A stretch of 5,977 nt of DNA from a virus (lineage: Duplodnaviria > Heunggongvirae > Uroviricota > Caudoviricetes), in IMG/VR virus record IMGVR_UViG_2627853869_000001; one strand, written 5' to 3'. The position numbers were made by a program, and so were the translations under genes. Positions 1 to 5,977 of this stretch are shown piece after piece. The notes under the pieces were generated by a model. That model was not told the DNA's origin. It saw only the letters and a program-made list of their open reading frames with translations, and did not search any database. Position 1 is the first letter of the stretch, and every line of letters begins with the position of its first letter.

Positions 1-1645
1 TTTCCGGTTCCTGTTGCGCTACTGGCTCAGGTTGTTTCGTTTCTGGCTCGTTTTGTTGCGTATTTGGGCTGTTTTGTTCCGCTTTCTGGTCGTTCTGTTC
101 CGATTCTTGCTGGTTCTGGTTTACAGAATCGCGGGTTTCAATCCCCTTTACCCATTTCGGATCATTCGGGTCGCTAATCCCTGCAACAAATTCTCCGCGA
201 GAGGCAGCAAGCAACTTATCGGCGTCAGGCTGGCTGATATTGGCTGCCTGCATAATTTTGTTTACTTCGTCAGCGGTAACTTTTACCGGCTCTGGTTGTG
301 CGGTCGTGTCAGATGCACCAGTATTTTGTTGTGAACCTGAGTACGTGCCGTTTTTACGTGCGAAGTATTCCTCTTTTGTGATTTCCGTAGCTCCCAAGGC
401 TAGTGCTTTTTCCAGACCAGAAAGTTTGTTTGCGCGACCGTATTTTTCGCCATCCTTGTCGGTGAAGAGGAAGTAGAACGGCCCCTCACGCTCTACAGAT
501 GGTTCGACTTCCACTTTGCATTCGGTTTTTTCGTTGCCCGGAATTGCCGTTTCCACTGCATCAGTTTCTGGTACTGGCGACGAGAGAGTATCAGTTGCGC
601 TCTGATTTCTTCCTTCATCTTCAAACACGCCCTTTGTAGTCAGGTATTCAGTAATGTATTTGTTCAGTGCCACAGGGTCTTTGTGAATGTCGATCGGACG
701 TTCACGGACAAGGCCAAAAATAGTCTGGCGGTCGTAGCGAAGGGCATCAGGCTGTTTGCGCATTGATGCCGAGATACGCTTCCAGTCTTCGCGGTCGTTG
801 TCGATAACTTCATTTTTTGCCCAGCGATGGATGCTGCCGTCAATGTTTCCGGCATCCACATCACCAGGCCAGAGAGCGTAGGCCAGTTCGTCATCCAGTG
901 TTTTCCATGTCTGCTTGTATTCGCGATGAATGGCAGCAATGACCGGGCTGATTTTTCCTGTTGAATTTTCACTGTGCTGTTGATTGGTTCTGGCGCGGGC
1001 GAGATCAACAACAGACGTGTATTTTCCGGTTTCCTTGCGTTCACCTTCGCGACGTTTTTTCCAGATGCGCATCTCTGCCTGAATTTCGGGCCATTTGGCA
1101 CCAGGCTTACATTTATGCTTAACCCACCCGATGGCATGCAGCTTAAGCTCCGGATACATGGCGTTAACTTCTGGCATTTTCATCAACGCTTCAACGATAT
1201 GTCCGTCGAATGTTGCCATGTCTTCCTGCAACAATTCCTGTGCGCTAATAACCATATCAACGGTGATGTTTTCACATGTGTCGAACTTAACCATGACAGC
1301 GTTCTGTACTTCAGGGGCCAGCTTGTCAAAAGTGACGTTCATCGGATCGGATTCAGTCTCAACCGGGACAAAGGAAGCAGACTCCTCATCCCAGCGGTTT
1401 TCCTGCATATATTCAGCATCCCAGGAATCGAGGGCAGGGCGGGGTATACCGGGTTTATCCTCGCAGACAAGAAATTTATAAGCGCAGTCCTGAGCAGCCG
1501 GATAATGCTCCAGGAATTGCCAGTGAAATTTTGCGCGGGCGCGACGTTCATCACCGGCTTCAATGGCTGTGGCTACAGCGACGGCACCTTCTTCCTTTAT
1601 TGCCTGTTCGTCCGGAATGGCGGCGCAAATAAAGACTTTACTCAT
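1..1645 (-). CDS. Large prophage early protein, N-terminal 548 codons; partial, C-terminus lies beyond window start. Occupies the position of ydfE in Qin-type and recE (exonuclease VIII) in Rac-type prophages
   Basis: Manual translation of the minus strand from ATG at 1645 (MSKVFICAAIPDEQAIKEEGAVAVATAIEAGDERRARAKFHWQFLEHY...) stays open with no stop through position 1. GAGGT Shine-Dalgarno lies 8 nt upstream of the ATG. The frame ends in the window with a Q/E/N/P-rich low-complexity linker (…DKLLAASRGEFVAGISDPNDPKWVKGIETRDSVNQNQQESEQNDQKAEQNSPNTQQNEPETKQPEPVAQQEPE). The RecE-like assignment rests on gene order and unverified recollection of a similar motif. Confidence 0.6.
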   Translation of the reverse strand, partial: MSKVFICAAIPDEQAIKEEGAVAVATAIEAGDERRARAKFHWQFLEHYPAAQDCAYKFLVCEDKPGIPRPALDSWDAEYMQENRWDEESASFVPVETESDPMNVTFDKLAPEVQNAVMVKFDTCENITVDMVISAQELLQEDMATFDGHIVEALMKMPEVNAMYPELKLHAIGWVKHKCKPGAKWPEIQAEMRIWKKRREGERKETGKYTSVVDLARARTNQQHSENSTGKISPVIAAIHREYKQTWKTLDDELAYALWPGDVDAGNIDGSIHRWAKNEVIDNDREDWKRISASMRKQPDALRYDRQTIFGLVRERPIDIHKDPVALNKYITEYLTTKGVFEDEGRNQSATDTLSSPVPETDAVETAIPGNEKTECKVEVEPSVEREGPFYFLFTDKDGEKYGRANKLSGLEKALALGATEITKEEYFARKNGTYSGSQQNTGASDTTAQPEPVKVTADEVNKIMQAANISQPDADKLLAASRGEFVAGISDPNDPKWVKGIETRDSVNQNQQESEQNDQKAEQNSPNTQQNEPETKQPEPVAQQEPE

Positions 1646-1737
1646 TTTGTTTTACCTCATTACAGATTTAAGGGTGAACAAATCCCTGCCATTGCTGGCA
1701 TATAAGAATGAAACCGGATATTTATTACGGAACTGTT

Positions 1738-1929
1738 TTAAAGACCTGCCGGGATTTCGTTATTATCCTGGTGAATAACTTTATCGACCGGGTAACAGTT
1801 ACCGGGAATTTTCTGTTCGGTTGCTGCAGTCACACACTCCTGCATTGTCCTGTGAACACTGACTGCAATATCAACTGGCTCTCCGGAAACAAGAAAAACT
1901 GTCAGAACAAGTGCAAATGCTGTATTCAT
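1738..1929 (-). CDS. ydfD: YdfD-like small membrane/lysis protein (63 aa) with N-terminal hydrophobic segment
   Basis: ORF MNTAFALVLTVFLVSGEPVDIAVSVHRTMQECVTAATEQKIPGNCYPVDKVIHQDNNEIPAGL. AAAGG lies 9 nt upstream of the ATG. The start codon overlaps the dicB stop as ATGA (translational coupling). Length and position match ydfD of the Qin dicB operon. Confidence 0.75.
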   Translation of the reverse strand: MNTAFALVLTVFLVSGEPVDIAVSVHRTMQECVTAATEQKIPGNCYPVDKVIHQDNNEIPAGL

Positions 1930-2114
1930 TGCCAGCATCCTTTTTGTATCGGACGTAAACGGGCCAGCATTGAAAGAATGCATATTTTATTTAATAGCTC
2001 CCGTTCGTGTTTTCTCTTGTTAATGGCATCTTCAGTAAATACAGGGTTACTGATATTGACACCAATTTCAAAACAACCTTCAGACGTATTAACGTTTGGT
2101 AATAACGTTTCCAT
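1926..2114 (-). CDS. dicB: DicB cell-division inhibitor (62 aa; MinC-interacting small protein)
   Basis: ORF METLLPNVNTSEGCFEIGVNISNPVFTEDAINKRKHERELLNKICILSMLARLRPIQKGCWQ. GAGGA Shine-Dalgarno lies 7 nt upstream of ATG at 2114. Sequence recognised as DicB; it sits immediately downstream of DicF as in Qin. Confidence 0.85.
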   Translation of the reverse strand: METLLPNVNTSEGCFEIGVNISNPVFTEDAINKRKHERELLNKICILSMLARLRPIQKGCWQ

Positions 2115-2283
2115 TATCGCGTCCTCAACAATGAATTTTGTGATGCGGTGCCTGGTGCCTCCAGGTGACGTTAACCAGTTAACAATTAACGCCGGATACA
2201 GAGAATCCACCCATAACACTGTTTTTGGTTTTAACTGTTCCGCGTGCGCTCAGCCGCATTCACCACATCACAAAATTCACTTT

Positions 2284-2326
2284 AAAAAGGGCGGCAGAGC
2301 AGTCACGGAGTAAAACTGATACCGCC
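2284..2326 (-). terminator. Intrinsic terminator hairpin of DicF (GGCGG…CCGCC stem followed by TTTTT)
   Basis: On the minus strand the GGCGG…CCGCC stem (+ coordinates 2290-2326) is followed immediately by a five-T run (+ coordinates 2284-2288). Confidence 0.55.
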
Positions 2327-2341
2327 AAACGTCACCAGAAA
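2284..2341 (-). ncRNA. dicF: DicF small regulatory RNA (ftsZ-targeting sRNA of dicB operon)
   Basis: Minus-strand sequence TTTCTGGTGACGTTTGGCGGTATCAGTTTTACTCCGTGACTGCTCTGCCGCCCTTTTT matches the DicF sRNA as recalled. It has a single-stranded 5' seed and a 3' GC hairpin followed by a T-run. Exact 5' and 3' ends are approximate. Confidence 0.75.
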
Positions 2342-2366
2342 ATTGATAACAGAGGGCGTTGCAGCG

Positions 2367-2403
2367 GGGTTGTCACTTAAGCGTATGGTCAACCTGACAA
2401 CCC
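2367..2403 (-). other. Perfect 9-bp inverted repeat (GGGTTGTCA-N19-TGACAACCC) forming a stem-loop in the untranslated operon RNA just 5' of DicF; candidate RNase processing structure
   Basis: Arms at 2367-2375 and 2395-2403 are exact reverse complements. The element lies about 25 nt upstream of the DicF 5' end on the transcribed strand. Confidence 0.4.
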
Positions 2404-2682
2404 GGTGTCCTCAACGGTGGAAGGAATAACCCCGCCATACTTACCGCCGCGCCATTTCGCGGATTGCCACAACCGGAAGCGCACGGTCGACGAAAATTTA
2501 ACGACAGGCTATCTATGAACCAGCTACCTCGCCGTGCGCTTTCGCGTTATGGTCTGACTTTTCAGGGAAATATCCTTTCAGTAAACTGTCAGTGCCGGAT
2601 GCTCACCCGTGTCCGGCGCACGCACTCCACCTCACCCGTGGAGAACTCCTTAATTACCAACCTTAGCTTCGTTGGTTAGCTA

Positions 2683-2901
2683 TTAACGCGGGTATGTAAT
2701 CATTCTGGCAATGCTTAATGCCGCTGCTTTTTCCAGATTAGTGATATCCTGCTCCAGAGCGGACAGATTTTCAGCCTGCTTAGCCCTGGCTTCATTGGCC
2801 CATTTCAGATCCTGCGCTGCATTAATTTTCTGGTGCATCCACTCATAAAGTTCATCATCGGTATAGTCTGGCGCGATGATGACGGGTTCTCGTTTCTGCA
2901 T
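2683..2901 (-). CDS. ydfC: YdfC-like small protein (72 aa), function unknown
   Basis: ORF MQKREPVIIAPDYTDDELYEWMHQKINAAQDLKWANEARAKQAENLSALEQDITNLEKAAALSIARMITYPR. GAGGA lies 6 nt upstream of the ATG. Length and order match ydfC of the dicB operon. Confidence 0.7.
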   Translation of the reverse strand: MQKREPVIIAPDYTDDELYEWMHQKINAAQDLKWANEARAKQAENLSALEQDITNLEKAAALSIARMITYPR

Positions 2902-2930
2902 ACTGATTCCTCGCGGTGCTGCTTCGCTTA

Positions 2931-3059
2931 TCAGCCGTTAGATTTTGCCGAGCTGGAAAGCGCCTGTTTAAACTCACTGAAGCTGAGAGCTTCTTCGCCT
3001 TCGGCAAGGCCTTCGAAGTATTCTTCGTAAGCCTTTTCCATGATTGTGTCGAAATCCAT
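2931..3059 (-). CDS. ydfB: YdfB-like small acidic protein (42 aa), function unknown
   Basis: ORF MDFDTIMEKAYEEYFEGLAEGEEALSFSEFKQALSSSAKSNG, below the size cutoff of the supplied ORF track. AGGTGAG lies upstream and the start follows the ydfA stop by 1 nt (TGA-T-ATG). Net charge is strongly negative. Confidence 0.65.
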   Translation of the reverse strand: MDFDTIMEKAYEEYFEGLAEGEEALSFSEFKQALSSSAKSNG

Positions 3060-3060
3060 A

Positions 3061-3216
3061 TCACTCACCTGAGTTTCTTTCCAGCCAGCGACGGGCACCA
3101 TTTTCGGTTTTAAACGTTTTGCTTTTGGTATACGTCATTGCGGTGAACGTGCCGTCCTGGTTTGGAAACACGCCGTACACCAGAGATTCGTTGTTGCCAA
3201 GATCGATAGTATCCAT
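3061..3216 (-). CDS. ydfA: YdfA-like small protein (51 aa), first gene of the leftward operon
   Basis: ORF MDTIDLGNNESLVYGVFPNQDGTFTAMTYTKSKTFKTENGARRWLERNSGE. GAGG lies 5 nt upstream of ATG at 3216. The longer track ORF (start 3372) would run into the promoter/operator region, so the short form is preferred. Confidence 0.7.
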   Translation of the reverse strand: MDTIDLGNNESLVYGVFPNQDGTFTAMTYTKSKTFKTENGARRWLERNSGE

Positions 3217-3331
3217 GCTGACCTCATTTCCCCTTAACGCCGGGGTAGCGGAACTGTTTGCGGAGAACACCGTGCGGTGTGTTGATGGAGGTAATTTAGT
3301 TTTCTCATTATTTTTCGTCAAGGTTTTTTGA

Positions 3332-3344
3332 TGAGAAAACTCAA
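3332..3344. promoter_or_regulatory. Operator-like motif TGAGAAAACTCAA (left operator, O_L analogue) in the leftward operon control region
   Basis: This 13-mer is identical to the one at 3868-3880. It is a near-palindrome (TTGAG-N4-CTCAA type) sitting between the repressor stop and ydfA. Candidate sigma70 elements on the minus strand flank it: -35 TTGACG at 3316-3321 with -10 TAAATT at 3293-3298, or a weaker pair at 3377-3382 and 3355-3360. Confidence 0.5.
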
Positions 3345-3408
3345 GTGCTGGCGCAAGATAAAGCCAATACATTGAAATGTAAGGCTTTAAAATTTTGTGA
3401 AGGGATGA

Positions 3409-3816
3409 TTATTGATGCTTGTTGCGTTTGCGAGCCTCTAATAGCTCGGTGAACAGGCGATTAAAATTCTCAACGCGGGCGCGGAGTTCGCTGAGTTGTG
3501 CTTGTTGCTCTGATTTAGGAAGTGCGCGATACAAACGCAGCATCTCTAACTCATCTTCCGATAAGTCTAGGGTACTATCGAGTGAAACAGGGGGAGCTGG
3601 TGTTTTGTCCTCGTCGCCAAACAGTATCCAGGTTGGTGAACATTGCAATACCTCGGCGAGGCGATGCAAATTTTGCCCGCGCGGGGCTGTATGGTCACTT
3701 TCCCATAATGAAATTGATGAGCCAGATACGCCAGCAGCTTTGCTTAAACCGTTTTGACTTAAGCCTACCTGCTTACGTCTTTCTCTAATGCGTTGACCTA
3801 AAGTTTTCTCGTTCAT
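3409..3816 (-). CDS. dicA: DicA-like HTH (XRE/CI-type) prophage repressor, 135 aa
   Basis: ORF MNEKTLGQRIRERRKQVGLSQNGLSKAAGVSGSSISLWESDHTAPRGQNLHRLAEVLQCSPTWILFGDEDK…ENFNRLFTELLEARKRNKHQ, with an N-terminal helix-turn-helix and divergent orientation to a cro-like gene. An in-frame upstream ATG at 3867 would add 17 aa, but the shorter start fits DicA length. No Shine-Dalgarno precedes either start, so the mRNA may be leaderless. Confidence 0.75.
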   Translation of the reverse strand: MNEKTLGQRIRERRKQVGLSQNGLSKAAGVSGSSISLWESDHTAPRGQNLHRLAEVLQCSPTWILFGDEDKTPAPPVSLDSTLDLSEDELEMLRLYRALPKSEQQAQLSELRARVENFNRLFTELLEARKRNKHQ

Positions 3817-3837
3817 ATTTAGATATCTTAATAATCC

Positions 3838-3867
3838 TTGACTTGAGATTCCTTGAGTGATTAGCAT
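3838..3867 (+). promoter_or_regulatory. Candidate rightward promoter (P_R analogue) for the cro-like gene: -35 TTGACT, 18-bp spacer, -10 TAGCAT
   Basis: TTGACT at 3838-3843 and TAGCAT at 3862-3867 sit upstream of the GGAGG RBS (3885-3889) and ATG at 3894. The -10 overlaps the operator motif. Confidence 0.45.
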
Positions 3868-3880
3868 TGAGAAAACTCAA
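3868..3880. promoter_or_regulatory. Operator-like motif TGAGAAAACTCAA (right operator, O_R analogue) in the dicA-dicC intergenic region
   Basis: Identical 13-mer to 3332-3344. Here it is embedded in the palindrome ATTGAG-aaaa-CTCAAT (3866-3881), between the candidate -10 and the RBS of the cro-like gene. Confidence 0.5.
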
Positions 3881-3893
3881 TATTGGAGGTGCG

Positions 3894-4121
3894 ATGTTTA
3901 AATCAGACGTAATTAATTTTTACGGTACGAAAGCCAAAGTAGCGAAAGCTGCTGGCGTTGACCCATCTGCTGTTTCTCAATGGCAAGAGCTAGTTCCTGA
4001 AGGTCGCGCGATGCGTCTACAGGAGGCATCTGGCGGCGAGCTTCTGTATGATCCCAAGGTTTATGACGAATATCGTAAGACGAAGCGGGCGGGGCGGTTG
4101 AACAATGAAAATCACTCCTGA
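3894..4121 (+). CDS. dicC: Cro-like small HTH regulator (DicC/YdaS family), 75 aa
   Basis: ORF MFKSDVINFYGTKAKVAKAAGVDPSAVSQWQELVPEGRAMRLQEASGGELLYDPKVYDEYRKTKRAGRLNNENHS. GGAGG RBS precedes the ATG. It is divergent from the repressor; the family assignment is from recollection of the YdaS/DicC pattern. Confidence 0.7.
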   Translation: MFKSDVINFYGTKAKVAKAAGVDPSAVSQWQELVPEGRAMRLQEASGGELLYDPKVYDEYRKTKRAGRLNNENHS

Positions 4122-4626
4122 ACAGGCTCGTGAGGCTCTGGATGCCTGGATATGTCGACCAGGAATGACACAGGAGCAGGCGACGATATTAATCACTGAA
4201 GCATTCTGGGCTTTGAAAGAGCGCCCGAACATCGATGTTCAGCGTGTCACAGATGAAGGTGGCGCGGTTGATCAGCGAGCGCTTGGCGTTAATCGAGTGA
4301 AGATATTCGAACGCTGGAAGGCTATCGACACCAGGGATAAGCGTGAAAAGTTCACGGCGCTAGTGCCTGCAATTATGGAGGCTATCCGGATTAATGATTT
4401 CAGGTTGTATCGTGAAATTAGTGACGGAAAAAGCATCACGTACATGATCGCCGGGTTAAACAAAGAATATGGCGATGTGGTGGAGTCCGGACTGCTTTTT
4501 GCTGATCCTGCCGTAGTGGATCGTGAAACTGACGAACTTATAGAAAAAGCAATTGCTTTCAAACTTGCGTATCGACAGCAATACCAACAAAAAGCTGGAT
4601 GGAATTATGAGCCTTCTTTTTGCTGA
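4105..4626 (+). CDS. YdaT-family protein (173 aa) in the position of lambda CII; putative regulator
   Basis: ORF MKITPEQAREALDAWICRPGMTQEQATILITEAFWALKERPNIDVQRV…. Its start overlaps the cro-like gene by 17 nt. The gene order repressor / cro-like / ydaT-like matches Rac-type racR-ydaS-ydaT modules. Confidence 0.55.
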   Translation: MKITPEQAREALDAWICRPGMTQEQATILITEAFWALKERPNIDVQRVTDEGGAVDQRALGVNRVKIFERWKAIDTRDKREKFTALVPAIMEAIRINDFRLYREISDGKSITYMIAGLNKEYGDVVESGLLFADPAVVDRETDELIEKAIAFKLAYRQQYQQKAGWNYEPSFC

Positions 4627-5384
4627 ACGCCCACTGGTTATAAACACACAGCTTGCGATGAAGATTGGCTTAAATGAAGCCATTGTGTTGCAGCAGTTGC
4701 ATTACTGGTTGAGAGATACCAATTCCGGCATGGAATGTGATGGTGTTCGCTGGATTTACAACACAACGGAACAATGGCTGGAACAGTTCCCATTCTGGTC
4801 AGAGTCAACGTTAAAGCGCGCGTTTGCAAGTCTGAAAACGCTGGGGCTCTTGCGTTGTGAAAAGCTCAATAAATCAAAGCGCGATATGACCAATTTCTAC
4901 ACGATTAACTATGGGAGCGAGCTTTTAGATGATGGCAAATTGAGCGAATCCATCGGTTCAAAATGCGCCGCTCCATCAGGTCAAAATGACACGATGGAAG
5001 AGGTCAAAATGAAACGCTCCATTGGTTCAAAACGACCCAATGTCATCGGGTCAAAATGGCCCGATGATCCTACAGAGAATACAACAGAGATTACTACAGA
5101 GAATAAAAACACTTTTCGTCCGGAAGCTTCGCAACCGGACCCGCAGACGGCTGAACAGGATTTTTTAATCCGGCACCCTGGCGCAGTTGTGTTTAGTGCG
5201 AAAAAACGCCAGTGGGGTAGCCAGGAGGATCTGGCGTGTGCGCAGTGGATATGGGGGCGGATCGTGGGTCTCTACGAACAGGCCGCCAGTGATGATGGCG
5301 AGATCATGCGACCAAAAGAGCCTAACTGGACTGTCTGGGCCAATGATGTGCGCACAATGCGGATGCTGGATGGCAGAAGCCACA
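4607..5384 (+). pseudogene. Lambda O-like replication initiator gene with internal iterons, 3'-truncated by IS insertion at 5385
   Basis: ORF from ATG 4607: MSLLFAERPLVINTQLAMKIGLNEAIVLQQLHYWLRDTNSGMECDGVRWIYNTTEQWLEQFPFWSESTLKRAFASLKTLGLLRCEK…. It overlaps the ydaT-like stop by 20 nt and contains the iteron array. Beyond 5384 the frame runs into the IS terminal repeat, so the 330-aa track ORF is a chimera. Confidence 0.6.
4951..5066. repeat. Five tandem iteron-like direct repeats (~23-bp period, core GGT(T)CAAAATG with dyad-symmetric ends CATCGG…CCGATG); putative prophage replication origin
   Basis: TCAAAA(T/C)G cores start at 4958, 4981, 5004, 5027 and 5051. Units 4 and 5 are internally palindromic (CATTGG…CCAATG; CATCGGG…CCCGATG). 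The array is followed at 5067-5110 by a moderately AT-rich (about 68%), purine-rich stretch with three (T/A)ACAGAGA(A/T)T repeats. Confidence 0.6.
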
Positions 5385-5424
5385 TGAACCGCTCCGGGTT
5401 TCCTGGAGAGTGTTTTATCTGTGA
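5385..5424. repeat. Right terminal inverted repeat of the IS3-family element
   Basis: The IS terminus sits immediately 3' of the OrfB stop (5427-5429). The exact inner boundary of the repeat is uncertain because the other end is outside the window. Confidence 0.5.
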
Positions 5425-5426
5425 AC

Positions 5427-5977
<551 letters not shown>

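Noticed and set aside
14-334. Plus-strand ORF of 106 aa (MRYWLRLFRFWLVLLRIW…)
   Set aside because: Low-complexity L/R/F/W-rich translation, antisense to the Q/E/N-rich linker of the large minus-strand ORF; a mirror artefact of the repetitive coding sequence.
974-1705. Plus-strand ORF of 243 aa, and other internal ORFs (664-1137 minus, 1095-1481 plus, 1339-1563 minus)
   Set aside because: All lie inside or antisense to the continuous 548-codon minus-strand frame, which has a proper RBS and coherent protein-like sequence; no RBS or plausible composition of their own.
1708-2313. Plus-strand ORF of 201 aa, Cys-rich, antisense to ydfD, dicB and DicF
   Set aside because: It overlaps three recognised elements on the opposite strand, has about 8% cysteine and only a weak SD. 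Most likely a non-coding antisense frame, though a long antisense ORF over dicB is curious and could be checked with ribosome-profiling data.
2464-2679. Plus-strand ORF of 71 aa (TTG start; internal ATG at 2515)
   Set aside because: It lies antisense within the untranslated structured region of the minus-strand operon, with an Arg-rich odd composition and no convincing RBS.
2855-3113. Alternative-frame ORFs around ydfB/ydfA (2855-3064 minus, 2833-3030 plus, 2916-3113 plus, 3044-3331 plus)
   Set aside because: They overlap the compact, RBS-preceded ydfA and ydfB frames; Arg/Ser-rich or antisense with no independent support.
3419-3788. Plus-strand ORFs of 112 and 88 aa overlapping the repressor gene
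   Set aside because: Antisense to the well-supported DicA-like repressor; Ser/Arg-rich translations typical of non-coding antisense frames.

Overview
This window reads as the early/immunity region of a lambdoid (Qin/dicB-type) E. coli prophage, interrupted at its right end by an IS3-family insertion sequence. All calls come from manual translation and pattern reading; no database search was run. Leftward (minus strand) from the repressor lies a dicB-type operon: three small ORFs (ydfA/ydfB/ydfC-like, 51/42/72 aa), a ~340-nt structured untranslated stretch, the sRNA DicF with its terminator, dicB (62 aa), ydfD (63 aa, translationally coupled by ATGA), and a large ORF (at least 548 codons) that runs off the window start. 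In the centre is a DicA-like HTH repressor (135 aa) with a shared 13-bp operator motif on both sides. Rightward (plus strand) are a Cro-like DicC/YdaS-family gene, an overlapping YdaT-family gene in the CII position, and a lambda O-like replication initiator gene carrying five ~23-bp iterons plus a moderately AT-rich repeat stretch (a likely embedded origin). That replication gene is cut at position 5385 by the IS3-family element, whose OrfB transposase lies on the minus strand and runs off the window end. No CRISPR array, tRNA or rRNA was found. The most distinctive signals are the embedded iteron origin, the duplicated operator, and the cluster of uncharacterised small early proteins; I did not find a clearly novel multi-gene system.
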